Assembly (NCBI GenBank): GCA_012862495.1
Contig: BLSG01000233.1
Location: forward strand, 80,638 to 115,375
DNA: 34,738 bases
Direction of reading: 5' to 3'
Source of the DNA: Thraustochytrium aureum
Lineage: Eukaryota
Position 1 is the stretch's first letter; each line of letters opens with the position of its first letter. Under the pieces are notes generated by a model, which was not told the DNA's origin, did no database searches, and was given only the letters and a program-made list of their open reading frames with translations. Below are positions 7,711 through 18,587 of the stretch, one piece after another. Both the position numbers and the translations under genes were made by a program.

Positions 7711-9756
7711 CTAGTAGTGCAGGTCGGCAAACGGGTCTTGCTGCTGCTGCTGCTGCTGCTGAGGAGGGTACGCCGCAGGGGGCGGGCCTCGAGGCATCGG
7801 TTGCTGCTGCGGCGGCATTCCGTAACCTTGAGGCGGCTGCTGCTGCTGCTGCTGTTGGCCGTAAGGCTGTGGAGCGTAGCCGCCTGGAGGTCCTTGACTG
7901 TACATGGGCTGTTGGTATTGCTGCTGCGGCGGTTGCTGGTAGTCTGGAGCAAGCCCGTGCTGTCCAGGCGCCGCGCGCGAGGGCGGCGCAGACCGCTGCG
8001 GCATTTGCGAAGGCGGCGCCTGCGGCGGCGGCGGGTTGCGGCTCGGCATGTTGATTGGCGCAGGTGTCGCGTACGTGTTGCCATAGGCCGGGGCCGGCTT
8101 CCAGGACGCCGGGGTGGCCGGCGGCGCAGGGCGCGACTGGGCTTGTTGCTGCTGCTGCCGGCGCTGCTGCTCCTCGTACTGGCGCTTTTGCTGCTCCTCG
8201 TACTGGCGCTTTTGCTGCTCCTGCTGCAAGCGCTGCTGCTGCTCCTGCTGCAAGCGCTGCTGCTGCTCCTCGAACTGGCGCTGCTGCTGTGCGGTCCGTA
8301 CCTTTTCCGCTTGAAGGTTGTTTTGCTCTTGCTGCAGGCGCTGGCGCTCTTGGGAGAGCTGCTGCTTCTCCAACATGACCTGCTGCTGCTGCTGCTGGGC
8401 ATACTGCGCCTGCTGCTGGTGGCGGCGGGCCTCCGCAATCTGCTCGTTGATCTTGGCGTTCGCCGCTCGCTCAAAGGCCTGGCGCGCTTGGACCTCCGCC
8501 TGGGCCTGCTTGCGAAACTCCTCTGCGTTGCGCTTTTGCTCCTCGACCTCTTGCTGCTTGGCTGCGAGGTGGCGCTTGAGGTCGTCGTTCTCCTTGGAGA
8601 GCTGCGCGATCAGGGCGCTCTGGCCCTGGAGCTGGCCCTGCAGCTGCTGGACCTGCGCCTGAAAGAGCTGCGTGTTGGCCGTAGCGGCCTGCACGCGCTG
8701 CTGCGCCTCGGCGCGAAACGCCGCTGCCGAAGCGTTCTCCTGCTTGAGCTTCTCAATCTCGACCTGCAGCGCGCGGTGCTGATGCGCAAAGGTCTTGTTG
8801 AGCTCGTCGCGCTGCTGCTGCGCCGACTGCTGCTCGCGCAAGAGGGACTGCTCGGCGCGCTCGCGCCGCCCCTTCTCCTCCACAAAGGCCGCCTTGGCGT
8901 TCGAGATCTCCTGCAGGTCTCGGGCCTTTTGCGTCTCGTACTCGGCGCGCTTCTTCTGGAGGGTCTCTTCCAACTTTTTGCGGTCCGACTGGCGGTGCGC
9001 CTGAACCTGCTGCATCATCTGCGCCTCGAGCAACTTCTTTTGCTGCTCGATCGCGGCTTGGTACTGCTGCGCCTGCAGGTTGGCCTGCTCGAGGCGCTGC
9101 TCGTACATGGTGCGCAGGCTGGCGAGCTCCTGGGCGTGGGCTGCCTTCTCGGCCTCAAACTGCTTTTGCATCATGCTGCCCTTCTCCTTCTCCGCCATGA
9201 ACAGCTTGGCCCGCTCCTGCGACTGGGTCTCGCGGCGCAGGACCTCCTCGCGATTCTTCTTCTCAAACTCCTCCTGCATAGCATTGAGGCGCTTTTCGAG
9301 CGTCTCCTTTTCGCTCTTGCTGTTGCTGAACGCGTCTTCGATGAGCGAGGAGGCGTTCCGCCGCTCCTTCTCCAGCTCCGCTTCCAGTAGCGAGCGCGAC
9401 TTGGCGTGCTCCATGCGCTCTTGCTCGAGCAGGCGCTCGGCCTCGGTCTTCGTGGCCTGGGCGTGCTGGAGCGCGATGCGGCTCTGTTCCAGCTCCTGCG
9501 CCAGCTTTTGCGCCTTTTCCCGCTCCATCATGAACATCTGGGCGCGCTTTTGGGACTGCTCCTCGCGCGACAGGGCCAAGTCGCGCTCGCGTGCCTCAAA
9601 CTCCTCCTTTTGCTTGGAGCTCTCCTGCGAGAGGCGCTCTTTCTCGGCCAGAACGGCGCGCAGGCGCTCCTCCGCGGCGGCCTCGAGCTCCTTTTGCTTG
9701 CGCAGCACCTCCTGCTGCACGGTGGCGTCCTTTTCGGCAACGGCCTTTTCGAGCTT
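7711..9756 (-). CDS. Long coiled-coil protein with Gln-rich and Pro/Gln/Tyr-rich C-terminus ending DPFADLHY; N-terminus hidden in gap 9757-10708
   Basis: About 680 codons open on the minus strand with E/K/Q/R/A heptad-like composition, followed by a PQ-rich low-complexity tail and a TAG stop at 7711-7713. Confidence 0.8.
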   Translation of the reverse strand, partial: KLEKAVAEKDATVQQEVLRKQKELEAAAEERLRAVLAEKERLSQESSKQKEEFEARERDLALSREEQSQKRAQMFMMEREKAQKLAQELEQSRIALQHAQATKTEAERLLEQERMEHAKSRSLLEAELEKERRNASSLIEDAFSNSKSEKETLEKRLNAMQEEFEKKNREEVLRRETQSQERAKLFMAEKEKGSMMQKQFEAEKAAHAQELASLRTMYEQRLEQANLQAQQYQAAIEQQKKLLEAQMMQQVQAHRQSDRKKLEETLQKKRAEYETQKARDLQEISNAKAAFVEEKGRRERAEQSLLREQQSAQQQRDELNKTFAHQHRALQVEIEKLKQENASAAAFRAEAQQRVQAATANTQLFQAQVQQLQGQLQGQSALIAQLSKENDDLKRHLAAKQQEVEEQKRNAEEFRKQAQAEVQARQAFERAANAKINEQIAEARRHQQQAQYAQQQQQQVMLEKQQLSQERQRLQQEQNNLQAEKVRTAQQQRQFEEQQQRLQQEQQQRLQQEQQKRQYEEQQKRQYEEQQRRQQQQQAQSRPAPPATPASWKPAPAYGNTYATPAPINMPSRNPPPPQAPPSQMPQRSAPPSRAAPGQHGLAPDYQQPPQQQYQQPMYSQGPPGGYAPQPYGQQQQQQQPPQGYGMPPQQQPMPRGPPPAAYPPQQQQQQQQDPFADLHY
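8160..8290 (-). repeat. Coding tandem repeat with a 24-nt/8-aa period (RQYEEQQK / RLQQEQQQ)
   Basis: The translation QRQFEEQQQRLQQEQQQRLQQEQQKRQYEEQQKRQYEEQQRR contains near-identical DNA units. Confidence 0.75.
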
Positions 9757-10843
9757 NNNNNNNNNNNNNNNNNNNNNNNNNNNNNNNNNNNNNNNNNNNN
9801 NNNNNNNNNNNNNNNNNNNNNNNNNNNNNNNNNNNNNNNNNNNNNNNNNNNNNNNNNNNNNNNNNNNNNNNNNNNNNNNNNNNNNNNNNNNNNNNNNNNN
9901 NNNNNNNNNNNNNNNNNNNNNNNNNNNNNNNNNNNNNNNNNNNNNNNNNNNNNNNNNNNNNNNNNNNNNNNNNNNNNNNNNNNNNNNNNNNNNNNNNNNN
10001 NNNNNNNNNNNNNNNNNNNNNNNNNNNNNNNNNNNNNNNNNNNNNNNNNNNNNNNNNNNNNNNNNNNNNNNNNNNNNNNNNNNNNNNNNNNNNNNNNNNN
10101 NNNNNNNNNNNNNNNNNNNNNNNNNNNNNNNNNNNNNNNNNNNNNNNNNNNNNNNNNNNNNNNNNNNNNNNNNNNNNNNNNNNNNNNNNNNNNNNNNNNN
10201 NNNNNNNNNNNNNNNNNNNNNNNNNNNNNNNNNNNNNNNNNNNNNNNNNNNNNNNNNNNNNNNNNNNNNNNNNNNNNNNNNNNNNNNNNNNNNNNNNNNN
10301 NNNNNNNNNNNNNNNNNNNNNNNNNNNNNNNNNNNNNNNNNNNNNNNNNNNNNNNNNNNNNNNNNNNNNNNNNNNNNNNNNNNNNNNNNNNNNNNNNNNN
10401 NNNNNNNNNNNNNNNNNNNNNNNNNNNNNNNNNNNNNNNNNNNNNNNNNNNNNNNNNNNNNNNNNNNNNNNNNNNNNNNNNNNNNNNNNNNNNNNNNNNN
10501 NNNNNNNNNNNNNNNNNNNNNNNNNNNNNNNNNNNNNNNNNNNNNNNNNNNNNNNNNNNNNNNNNNNNNNNNNNNNNNNNNNNNNNNNNNNNNNNNNNNN
10601 NNNNNNNNNNNNNNNNNNNNNNNNNNNNNNNNNNNNNNNNNNNNNNNNNNNNNNNNNNNNNNNNNNNNNNNNNNNNNNNNNNNNNNNNNNNNNNNNNNNN
10701 NNNNNNNNCGAGCGAGGCAGGCAGGCAGTCGCGCAAAGGCAGAGGGGCTGAGCGCGGCTGCGGCGCGGACGAGGGGGGCGCGCGCCGCGAGGGAGGGAGG
10801 GAGGGCCGGGGCGCGAAGGCGCGAGCGGAGCGGCCTGGCCGCG

Positions 10844-11971
10844 ATGGGGCAGAGCGAGTCGAGCCAGGAGGGCGAGCTTGCGCGAGACGACGAGCTTCCC
10901 GAGTACCTCGACGAGGCCAAGTGCGGGTTTAGAGTGCTGGCGCTGCAGGTAAACTCGCCGGCGTGCGATCAGGGCATTGTGCCGTTCTTTGACTTTATCG
11001 TGGAGGCAGATGGCCAGCCACTGCTGACTGAGGACGGGACGCTGGGTAGAATAATCGGGGCTTTCGAGAACAGGCCGCTGACCATTACATTGTACAACTG
11101 CAAGTGCCAGCGGCTGCGCAGGCGCACGTTTGTGCCTCGACGGGGATGGGGAGGCGAGGGCCTGCTTGGGCTCACCATCAAGTTTGACTCGTTCGACGGC
11201 GCCGAGGAGAAAGTGATCCACGTCCTCGAAGTCCACGACGGCTCCCCAGCGCAACGTGCCGGCTTCGAGCCGTTCACGGACTATATGCTAGGAACCCCAT
11301 TCGCAGTGTTCGCCGACCTGGACGATCTGTTCGACCTGGTCTCCGAGGTCGCCGCGGAGAACGACGAGGGAGCGCGCAAGGCCATCGACGTTTTTGTTTA
11401 CCGACGCGGACAGACACGGTGCGGAGACTTGTCATCGAGCCCCGGTCCAACTGGGGGGGCAACGGTTTGCTGGGATGTGGCATCGGCCACGGCACCTTCA
11501 TCGCCTCCCTGCCGCGGCGCGCGAGCCACAGGGCTCGCGCGCGCTGAGGACCTCATTCCAATCTACGACTCGCGTGGCGCGCCGGCCCCCAGCAGCAGCG
11601 CCGCTAGCAGCAGCGACCCTGTCCCCGACGAGCCGCAGCGCGCTCTCGACGAGCTCAGCCCGCCGCAACGCATGGTGAACACGGCGACGCTCGGTACCGG
11701 CCGTCTTTGCGGCTCGAAGGCGAGCGGGGTGAGCGTGATTGAGCTCGACTGGGGCCTTCCGAACAACGCAACTGCGATCGCGTTTTTGAGGCCCTCGAGT
11801 TTCTCCAAGCTTCCGCCCGAGCTTCCGCCGTCGCCCGCGACCCTCGCTGCAAAGCGCTCGTCCGCCTCGTACAATGGCAATGGGAAGGAGGCTTGTGGTC
11901 TCGGGGACGAAGAAGATGGCGCGGTCATTGAAGTAGACTTGCCTGCAGATGAGATGGACGATCTGCGCTAA
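10844..11971 (+). CDS. GORASP: Golgi reassembly-stacking protein GRASP55/65 (Grh1-like); several frameshifts around 11400-11530
   Basis: Starts MGQSESS (myristoylation-like). Tandem PDZ-like GRASP motifs are GFRVL.LQVNSPA...GIVPFFDFIV, VPRRGWGGEGLLGLTIKF and HVLEVHDGSPAQRAG..PFTDY. Shifted frames give TDTVRRLVIEPRSNWGGNGLLGCGIGHG and LHRLP. The tail is Ser/Pro-rich. Confidence 0.9.
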   Translation: MGQSESSQEGELARDDELPEYLDEAKCGFRVLALQVNSPACDQGIVPFFDFIVEADGQPLLTEDGTLGRIIGAFENRPLTITLYNCKCQRLRRRTFVPRRGWGGEGLLGLTIKFDSFDGAEEKVIHVLEVHDGSPAQRAGFEPFTDYMLGTPFAVFADLDDLFDLVSEVAAENDEGARKAIDVFVYRRGQTRCGDLSSSPGPTGGATVCWDVASATAPSSPPCRGARATGLARAEDLIPIYDSRGAPAPSSSAASSSDPVPDEPQRALDELSPPQRMVNTATLGTGRLCGSKASGVSVIELDWGLPNNATAIAFLRPSSFSKLPPELPPSPATLAAKRSSASYNGNGKEACGLGDEEDGAVIEVDLPADEMDDLR

Positions 11972-12184
11972 AACTGTGGATTTTTTGCCGAAATCGTGAC
12001 TGCCGAATCTGCTGGAGATTCACCTTCATTTGACCCGACTGGGGTGTTTTCTTGTTTCTAAAGTGCATCTTGCACCTTGCGGTCCGCACGAGCTCGCGGC
12101 CGAAGGTGCGCGTCTTCCTCGCAGCCCGAAGGCGAACTCTGCGGGTCATCTTGCGCTGACGCCGCCGCGCGGGTCTCTGGCCAT

Positions 12185-12215
12185 TCCGCAAATCCCGCAA
12201 ATCCCGCAAATCCCG
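12185..12215 (+). repeat. 9-bp tandem repeat (CCCGCAAAT)n running into an assembly gap
   Basis: tccgcaaatcccgcaaatcccgcaaatcccg lies immediately before the Ns at 12216. Confidence 0.7.
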
Positions 12216-12999
12216 NNNNNNNNNNNNNNNNNNNNNNNNNNNNNNNNNNNNNNNNNNNNNNNNNNNNNNNNNNNNNNNNNNNNNNNNNNNNNNNNNNNNN
12301 NNNNNNNNNNNNNNNNNNNNNNNNNNNNNNNNNNNNNNNNNNNNNNNNNNNNNNNNNNNNNNNNNNNNNNNNNNNNNNNNNNNNNNNNNNNNNNNNNNNN
12401 NNNNNNNNNNNNNNNNNNNNNNNNNNNNNNNNNNNNNNNNNNNNNNNNNNNNNNNNNNNNNNNNNNNNNNNNNNNNNNNNNNNNNNNNNNNNNNNNNNNN
12501 NNNNNNNNNNNNNNNNNNNNNNNNNNNNNNNNNNNNNNNNNNNNNNNNNNNNNNNNNNNNNNNNNNNNNNNNNNNNNNNNNNNNNNNNNNNNNNNNNNNN
12601 NNNNNNTACCTCCAGAGAGCTTGAAATCAAGTTGGCACGCATGTTGGTTTGGCCTTTCCTGGACTTTGACTCGCCTCGGCCTCCACCGCTTCCGCCGCGC
12701 CAGGTCCGTCAGAAAGCAGTATGTTGCAAGCAAGAGTGCACTCGCTCTTCTGCGCACCCGAGCGAACGCACACCGGCCCGGGCGCTGCCGCAAGAATGCT
12801 CGAGAAAGGGCCTTCAACGGTAAAAACGGTAACATCCCAGGCTCAGAACAGAAACAGCAGACTCGGGACACGGCAGGCGCGCAACACCGAGGAGCAGAAC
12901 AAGCAGCGCACGCGGGCAGGGAAAGTCGGGCGCGAAAAAGTGCTCAAAGCAGCGGGTAGCCTGCCGCTTCGGAGGCAGAGCTCCTCGCAGGAGGCAACG

Positions 13000-15900
13000 A
13001 TGGCCTCGCGAAACTGGGCAACGCGCGAGGTGCTGGAGGCGACACACAAGGCGCTCAGGCGCATGCGGGTCGAGGGCCGACAAGTTACGCTGCAAGACGT
13101 CGAGGACGTCTGGGCGAGCGTGGGCCCGTACGTGTGCGACCTGCTTGACCAGGGCAAGCCCGTGCTAATCCCAAAGTTTGGCACGTTCACGGTCATGGAA
13201 GACGAGGCCGCGGTTCTCGGCAAGCCGCGGGGAAACGCCCCGCCCGACTTTGTCCTGGCTCTCGCGCAGGATTTCTTCGCAGCTGCGGGGCGCGGCAGCG
13301 ACGTGGTGGAAAACCCATCTCGGCCTCCGCGCAGAGGCTCAACTTCCTCGGCCTGAGCTCGTTTTGTGGCCTGTCCAAGGAGCTGTGTCGCAAGGTCGTG
13401 GAAGGCGTCGTGTGGAATGTGACCTGCGCCCTCTCCAAGGGGGCGCCAGTGGTCACGCTAGACTTTCCCGAGGTGGGCCGCTTCGAGTGCGACAAGCGCG
13501 TTTGTCACTTTGTCTTCGGAAGCCGCGAACCCCAGTTCGACGAGGACCCGGCTGGCGACCAGGCCCTCCCCGAGTTCGAAGAGAGCGCGAGCCCAAGACG
13601 CGCCGCTCGGAACACAGCCCAACGAGAGCCTACCGGTGACGACTGGGGCGTTGGGCATGACGCAGACGACGCGTTTTACGCTCCACCGCAACGCGAAAGT
13701 GCCATGGCTCCCAATCGCAAGTCGGTGTCTTCGCGCATCGTCATTCCAGAGTCTGTGGACCGACTTCGCGAGAAGGTCGCGGCTCGCGGCGGCCTGAATG
13801 GTATCAATTCGCTCAGCCGCACGCTGCGCATCATGGACGACTCGGGCGACGGCTACTTGAGCAAGGAAGAGCTCAAGTATGGCTTGATGGATTTCGGCGT
13901 CCGCCTCAACGCGGCCGAGCTGGACGAGATGTTTGCCTTCTTCGATAGGGACCGGAGCGGCAAAATCAGTTTCGACGAGTTCCTCGTGGGGCTTCGCGGT
14001 CCCATGAGCAAGCGCCGCATCGACCTCATCAACTTGGCTTTTGCCCGCCTTGACCGGACTGGAGACGGGGTCGTGACCGTCGAGGACCTCGAGGCCTCGT
14101 ACGACACGAGCGCCCATCCGGAGGTGCTCTCCGGCAAGCTGCTGCCCGTTGAGGCGCTGCGAATTTTCCTCGACCAGTTCGACTCTGTCGAGAAGGACGG
14201 TGTGGTGACGCAGGGCGAGTTCGTCGAGTACTACAAGAATGTCAGCGCCTTAATCGACAAGGACGACTATTTCGAGTTGATGATCCGCAACGCGTGGCAC
14301 ATCTCAGGGGGCAAGGGACAGTACGAGAACACGACCAACCGGCGGGTTCTCGTCTCGCACGCGGACGGCTCGCAAACCGTCGAAGAGGTCCAAGACGACC
14401 TTTGGGTTGACAAAAACGACCATGCAGAGATGAAGCGGCGCCTCGCAGCGCGAGGCGTCCGCGCCTCGGGTGAGCTTGGAATGTACAGCAGCATTGACGA
14501 TACCAAGGCAGCGCGACGGCCGAATGCTCGACCAGCCCCGCGCAGCCCGAAGCGGCAGCACCAACAGCAACAACAGCACCAGCAAATCGGCAGAGGTGCG
14601 ACTAGCTCGCTACATGCAAGCAAGACTGCGCGTGACCCTTTCGCTCAGAGCGCGTTCGCAGGCGACGAGGCCATGCCCGGTCTCGGCCCTGCTCCGAGTG
14701 CCGCAGCGGCGTATTCGGTGCCTTCTGTGGGAAGCGAACAGGAACCCAAGACCGACCCCATGGTAAAGCTGGGCAAGCTCTTGACCTCCAAGCGACTCTC
14801 CGTGGACGACTTTTTGCTTCACCTCGGTGCCAATCGGGTCTTTGGGGACGCTTCGATTGACACTAGCGCATTCATTCGCGGGCTTGCGCGGTTCGACAAG
14901 AGCATCACGGCTGAGGACGCCAAGGAGATCGCCCAGCGCGCCGACGCAGACCAGAGCGGCACAATCGACGTTCCAGAGCTGTGCGCCACCATCAACGGGT
15001 GCAACGCGGTCGGGCGCATCAAGAACGCGGTGGTTAAACGCGGTGGGATGAACGGGATTGCGTCTCTGAGTCGCACGCTTCGGCTGATGGACGACAACGG
15101 GGACGGGTCTCTGGACCCCCGCGAGGTGATCGAGGGTTTTGCAAAGCTGGACGTCAAGCTAAGCAGCAGCGACGTTAAGGCTGTCTTTGCCTACTTTGAC
15201 AAGGATCGCAACGGCAAGATCAGTTTGGACGAGCTCCTCGTCGGATTGCGGGGCGATCTCAACCCGCGCCGGAAAAGGCTTGTCGAGATGGCATTCAACC
15301 TGCTCGACCGAACTGGAGATGGAGTCGTCACTGTGGAGGACTTGGAGGACGTTTACGACCCAACGCACCATCCCGACTTTAAGTCTGGCTCCAAGTCGAA
15401 GAAGCAGGTTCTCGGGGAGTTTCTAACTTGCTTTGATGGGAACGGTGACGGGACCGTGACTGAGCAGGAGTTCCTTGACTACTACAAGGGCCTCGGCGCC
15501 TCCATCGACAACGACGACTACTTTGAGCTGATGATCCGGAATGCCTGGCACATTTCGGGCGGCAAAGGCCAATACGAGAACACCTCGAATCGCCGCGTCT
15601 TGGTAACCGACGTGAATGGGCAGCAGAAAGTCTGCGAAGTCAAGGACGACCTGTTCGTCGACACGAATGACCGCGCCGAGGTGCGCAAGCGGCTGGGGGT
15701 CGCAAACGATGCCGCGATCGACTACGCGTACTCGACCGACGCTACGGAGCGGGCGGCCAAGGCGCGCCGCATTCCCGCTCAGACGCGGCGCCCGCCCGCG
15801 AGGGCAAGCGAAGCCAACGCATTTGAGGACCTCGGTCCGCGCCGTGCCTCTGCAAGCCGGTCCAAGCCCACCGCTTGGGGGGCCGCGTCGAAAGGAACGC

Positions 15901-17375
15901 AACAGCAGAGGAGCGGCCCAAAGCCCGAAGCGAGGTTTGGGTGGGGCCAAGGCGCCGGGGACGAGGCCCTCCCAGGTGCAGGGCAGCCAACTTCGCCGCG
16001 CGCCGAAGTGCGGCCTCGCAAGGGGGCGCAACAGTCGAGGTTCCACAGTGCCAGCGCTGTGCCAACTGCGGGCCAGCGCGTCTCCAGCGGCGCCAAGGTG
16101 CCGCCGTCGGCCAAGGCCATTGCAAAGGTAGAAGAAGGCCTCCGTGGCAGACCTGAGCCCGCGGCGCTGTGCCGGCTTCGCGACAAGGTCATTTCGAGAG
16201 GCGGCACGAACGGGATCCACACGCTTGGTCGCGTCATCAAGATCATGGACGACTCGGGCGACGGCTCGCTTGACCGCGAGGAACTCCAGTACGGTCTGCA
16301 AGACTATGGCGTGAGCGCGACGCGGGAGGAGGTCGACCAGCTCTTTGCATTCCTCGACCGCGACCACAGCGGCAAGATAAGCTTTGACGAGTTTCTCTGC
16401 GGGATGCGCGGGCCAATCCCCAAGCGGCGCGTCGCGTTGATCGACGCCGCGTTCGACAGGCTCGACCGCACGGGCGATGGTGTGGTCACCGTGGAGGACC
16501 TCGAGGACACCTACGACGTCTCGCACGTTCCAGAAGTGAAGAGCGGGAAGCTCACCAAGGCGCAAGCGCTGCGCGAGTTCCTGCGCCAGTTTGACCTGAT
16601 CGAGGACGACGGGGTTGTTACCCGCGACGAGTTTGTAGAGTACTACAAGAGCGTGAGCGCGTCGATCGACAGCGACGACTACTTTGAGCTCATGATGCGC
16701 AACGCGTGGCACATCTCTGGCGGCAAGGGCCAGTGTGAAAACACGTCCAACAGACGTGTGCTTGTGACGCACCAAGACGGCCGACAGTCTGTCGAGGAGG
16801 TCCCGGACGACTTGTGGGTCGGCAAGGACGACCACGCGGAGATGAAGCGCCGGCTTGCCGCTCGAGGCGTGCATGCGACTGGGTCGCTTGGCATGTTTGG
16901 CGCCTCTGAGGACGTCACGCCAGCGCGGCGGCAGCAGCGGCCGCACGTCAACGACAGCACCATCTCTCTCGCGTGGGAGGACGCTGCTGACAAGCAGGGT
17001 CTCACGCCCGACCAGCTGGACCGCAAGGTGCGCCAGTCACGTGAGCGGGAGCGCCGCATCCGCGCGGGGGCGGCCTCGCGGGTCCAGGCGCTGGCGCGCG
17101 CCAGCAAGGCCAAAAGGGCAACCGAGATTGAGCGGAACAAGGTGCAGTCGGCGCGGTTGCGCCAACGCGACGCTGAGCGCGAGCGACTGGCGGGGCCGCG
17201 GCGCTCTTGCGCCCTGGCGCTTCCAACTGGTGACGCGATTCGTCGCCCCTCAACTCGGCCATCGGCGCTGCCCCCATCGACTCGCTGGCGCTCCGTTCGG
17301 CGCTCTTTCTTGCCCAAACCCTATAAAAATCTATATAGGTATTCTGCCGGGACTCTTCGGAGAGACGCGGGGTGA
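13000..17375 (+). CDS. Large EF-hand protein: two HU-CCDC81-like domains, three calcyphosin-like modules, an extra EF pair and an IQ-like motif; frameshift near 13325, 3' end uncertain
   Basis: The N-terminus reads DVEDVWASVGPYVCDLLDQGKPVLIPKFGTFT, then (shifted) RLNFLGLSSFCGLSKE...VTLDFPEVGRF...FVF. Three repeats follow of RGG.NGI..L.R....MDD.GDG.L...E / DRD.SGKIS.DE / AF..LDRTGDGVVTVEDL / DDYFELM.RNAWHISGG. Confidence 0.88.
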
Positions 17376-17603
17376 GGGTGTGTACTCGCTGTGGACGGAG
17401 AGGCAGAGATGAGGTCATCGGCTTCTGAACTGAACTGGTGGGTTGGCAGAGCGCGAATGCGGAGCGGGCGTCGCGGTGCTTGACGAGGGGCCGCTGCGCG
17501 AGCGCACTTTTGAGACAGGCGCTCGGGGGACGCGCGGGGACCGGCCGGGGACCTGCGGGAGGGCAGGCCACCGCCCGAGCGGCCTGGCCCACGGGAGGCC
17601 ACG

Positions 17604-18450
17604 ATGGGGATGTGGGGCCTGCGCAAGGTGCTCGCGGCGATTGCGAGCTCGCTGGTGATGCTCGCGTATGTGACGTGCATCGCGATCGCCAAGGCGAGGG
17701 GGACGTACACGGGCGGCCTGGTGATGCCCTACTTTAGCGATATTGGGCGCGATAAGGAGACTGGGGAGGCCGTACCCGCAGGTCGGGGGGTACTATGTGT
17801 TTGCGGTGTTTATCACCACAGCGGCGGCGCTGCTGCTGCCGTTTATGGTCCTCCAGTACCTCTACGTCAAGGCTTGGGCACGGACAGTGCCTGACGCGTC
17901 GCTTTCCTGCCGCGCGGTGGCCGCATTGGTGTGCGGGCTCCTTGCACCGTGGGGCGCAGCGCTCTTGTCGATTTTCAACACGACGGACTACCCCGACCTC
18001 CACGCGTATGCGGCGTACGCATTCTTCGTCTTCATCGTTCTCTATGGGATTTTCACGCTTTTGATCTACCGCACCCTCGCTTCCCGCGTTGAGGCCTTCA
18101 AGCCGCTCATGTTGGCCAAGTACATTGCGATGGGCCTTCTTGGCGTGGCGTTCATCCTCTACATCCCGGTGGGGCTTGCGATAGTGTCGTGGACGGAACT
18201 GGGCATGGAGGACTGCCTGGCCCAGCTTGACCCAGCCTTCTGCGAGGCCAACGCGATCGCTGGCACCAACCTGACCGGGCTCTTCGACTACTCGGGCGAC
18301 CTTGCTGTGAACACGATGCGGTCCAGCACGCAGTTCATATGCGTGATTTCGATCATGGTCTTTATCTTCCTCCACGTCCTCGATCCGAACCCGCCCATCA
18401 GACAGTCGGTGGACGTCGAGAGCAACGCACAGTCTCTGGCAAAGTCGTGA
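17604..18450 (+). CDS. Frag1/DRAM/Sfk1 (TMEM150-like) multi-pass membrane protein; frameshift near 17765
   Basis: The first TM is followed by PYFSDIG, a DRAM-family PY(I)SD.G motif. After removing one G from GGGG the frame continues GGYYVFAVF...LSIF....YPDLHAYAAYAFF, with about 6 hydrophobic segments. Confidence 0.78.
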
Positions 18451-18587
18451 GCCCCTTCGCGTCCCCGCAAAGGATGCGGCAATTTTAAAAAAATGGTGGG
18501 CTCTGGGCTTGTCGTATCTACAGAGATCTCGGTCCCCCAGGTCTAGTCTGTTTTGCACATACGCTGAGCGCGCCGTTCTGACCCGTT

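Noticed and set aside
7369..9390. 673-aa Leu-rich plus-strand ORF
   Set aside because: It is the antisense shadow of the CAG/GAG-rich coiled-coil gene (CTG/CTC codons) and has no independent motifs.
9080..10843. ORFs spanning N-runs (for example 9080-11971, 7711-10920, 20797-23637, 29638-32247) as single proteins
   Set aside because: Reading through Ns artificially fuses unrelated frames.
12185..12215. Telomere-like repeat
   Set aside because: The 9-bp unit CCCGCAAAT does not match known TTAGGG-type telomeric repeats and is internal. I treat it as a minisatellite.
17234..17375. Annotated C-terminal tail of the EF-hand protein
   Set aside because: It reads like 3' UTR, and an alternative frame ends LLRPGASNW* at 17233. 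The end is unresolved and not claimed as a separate feature.
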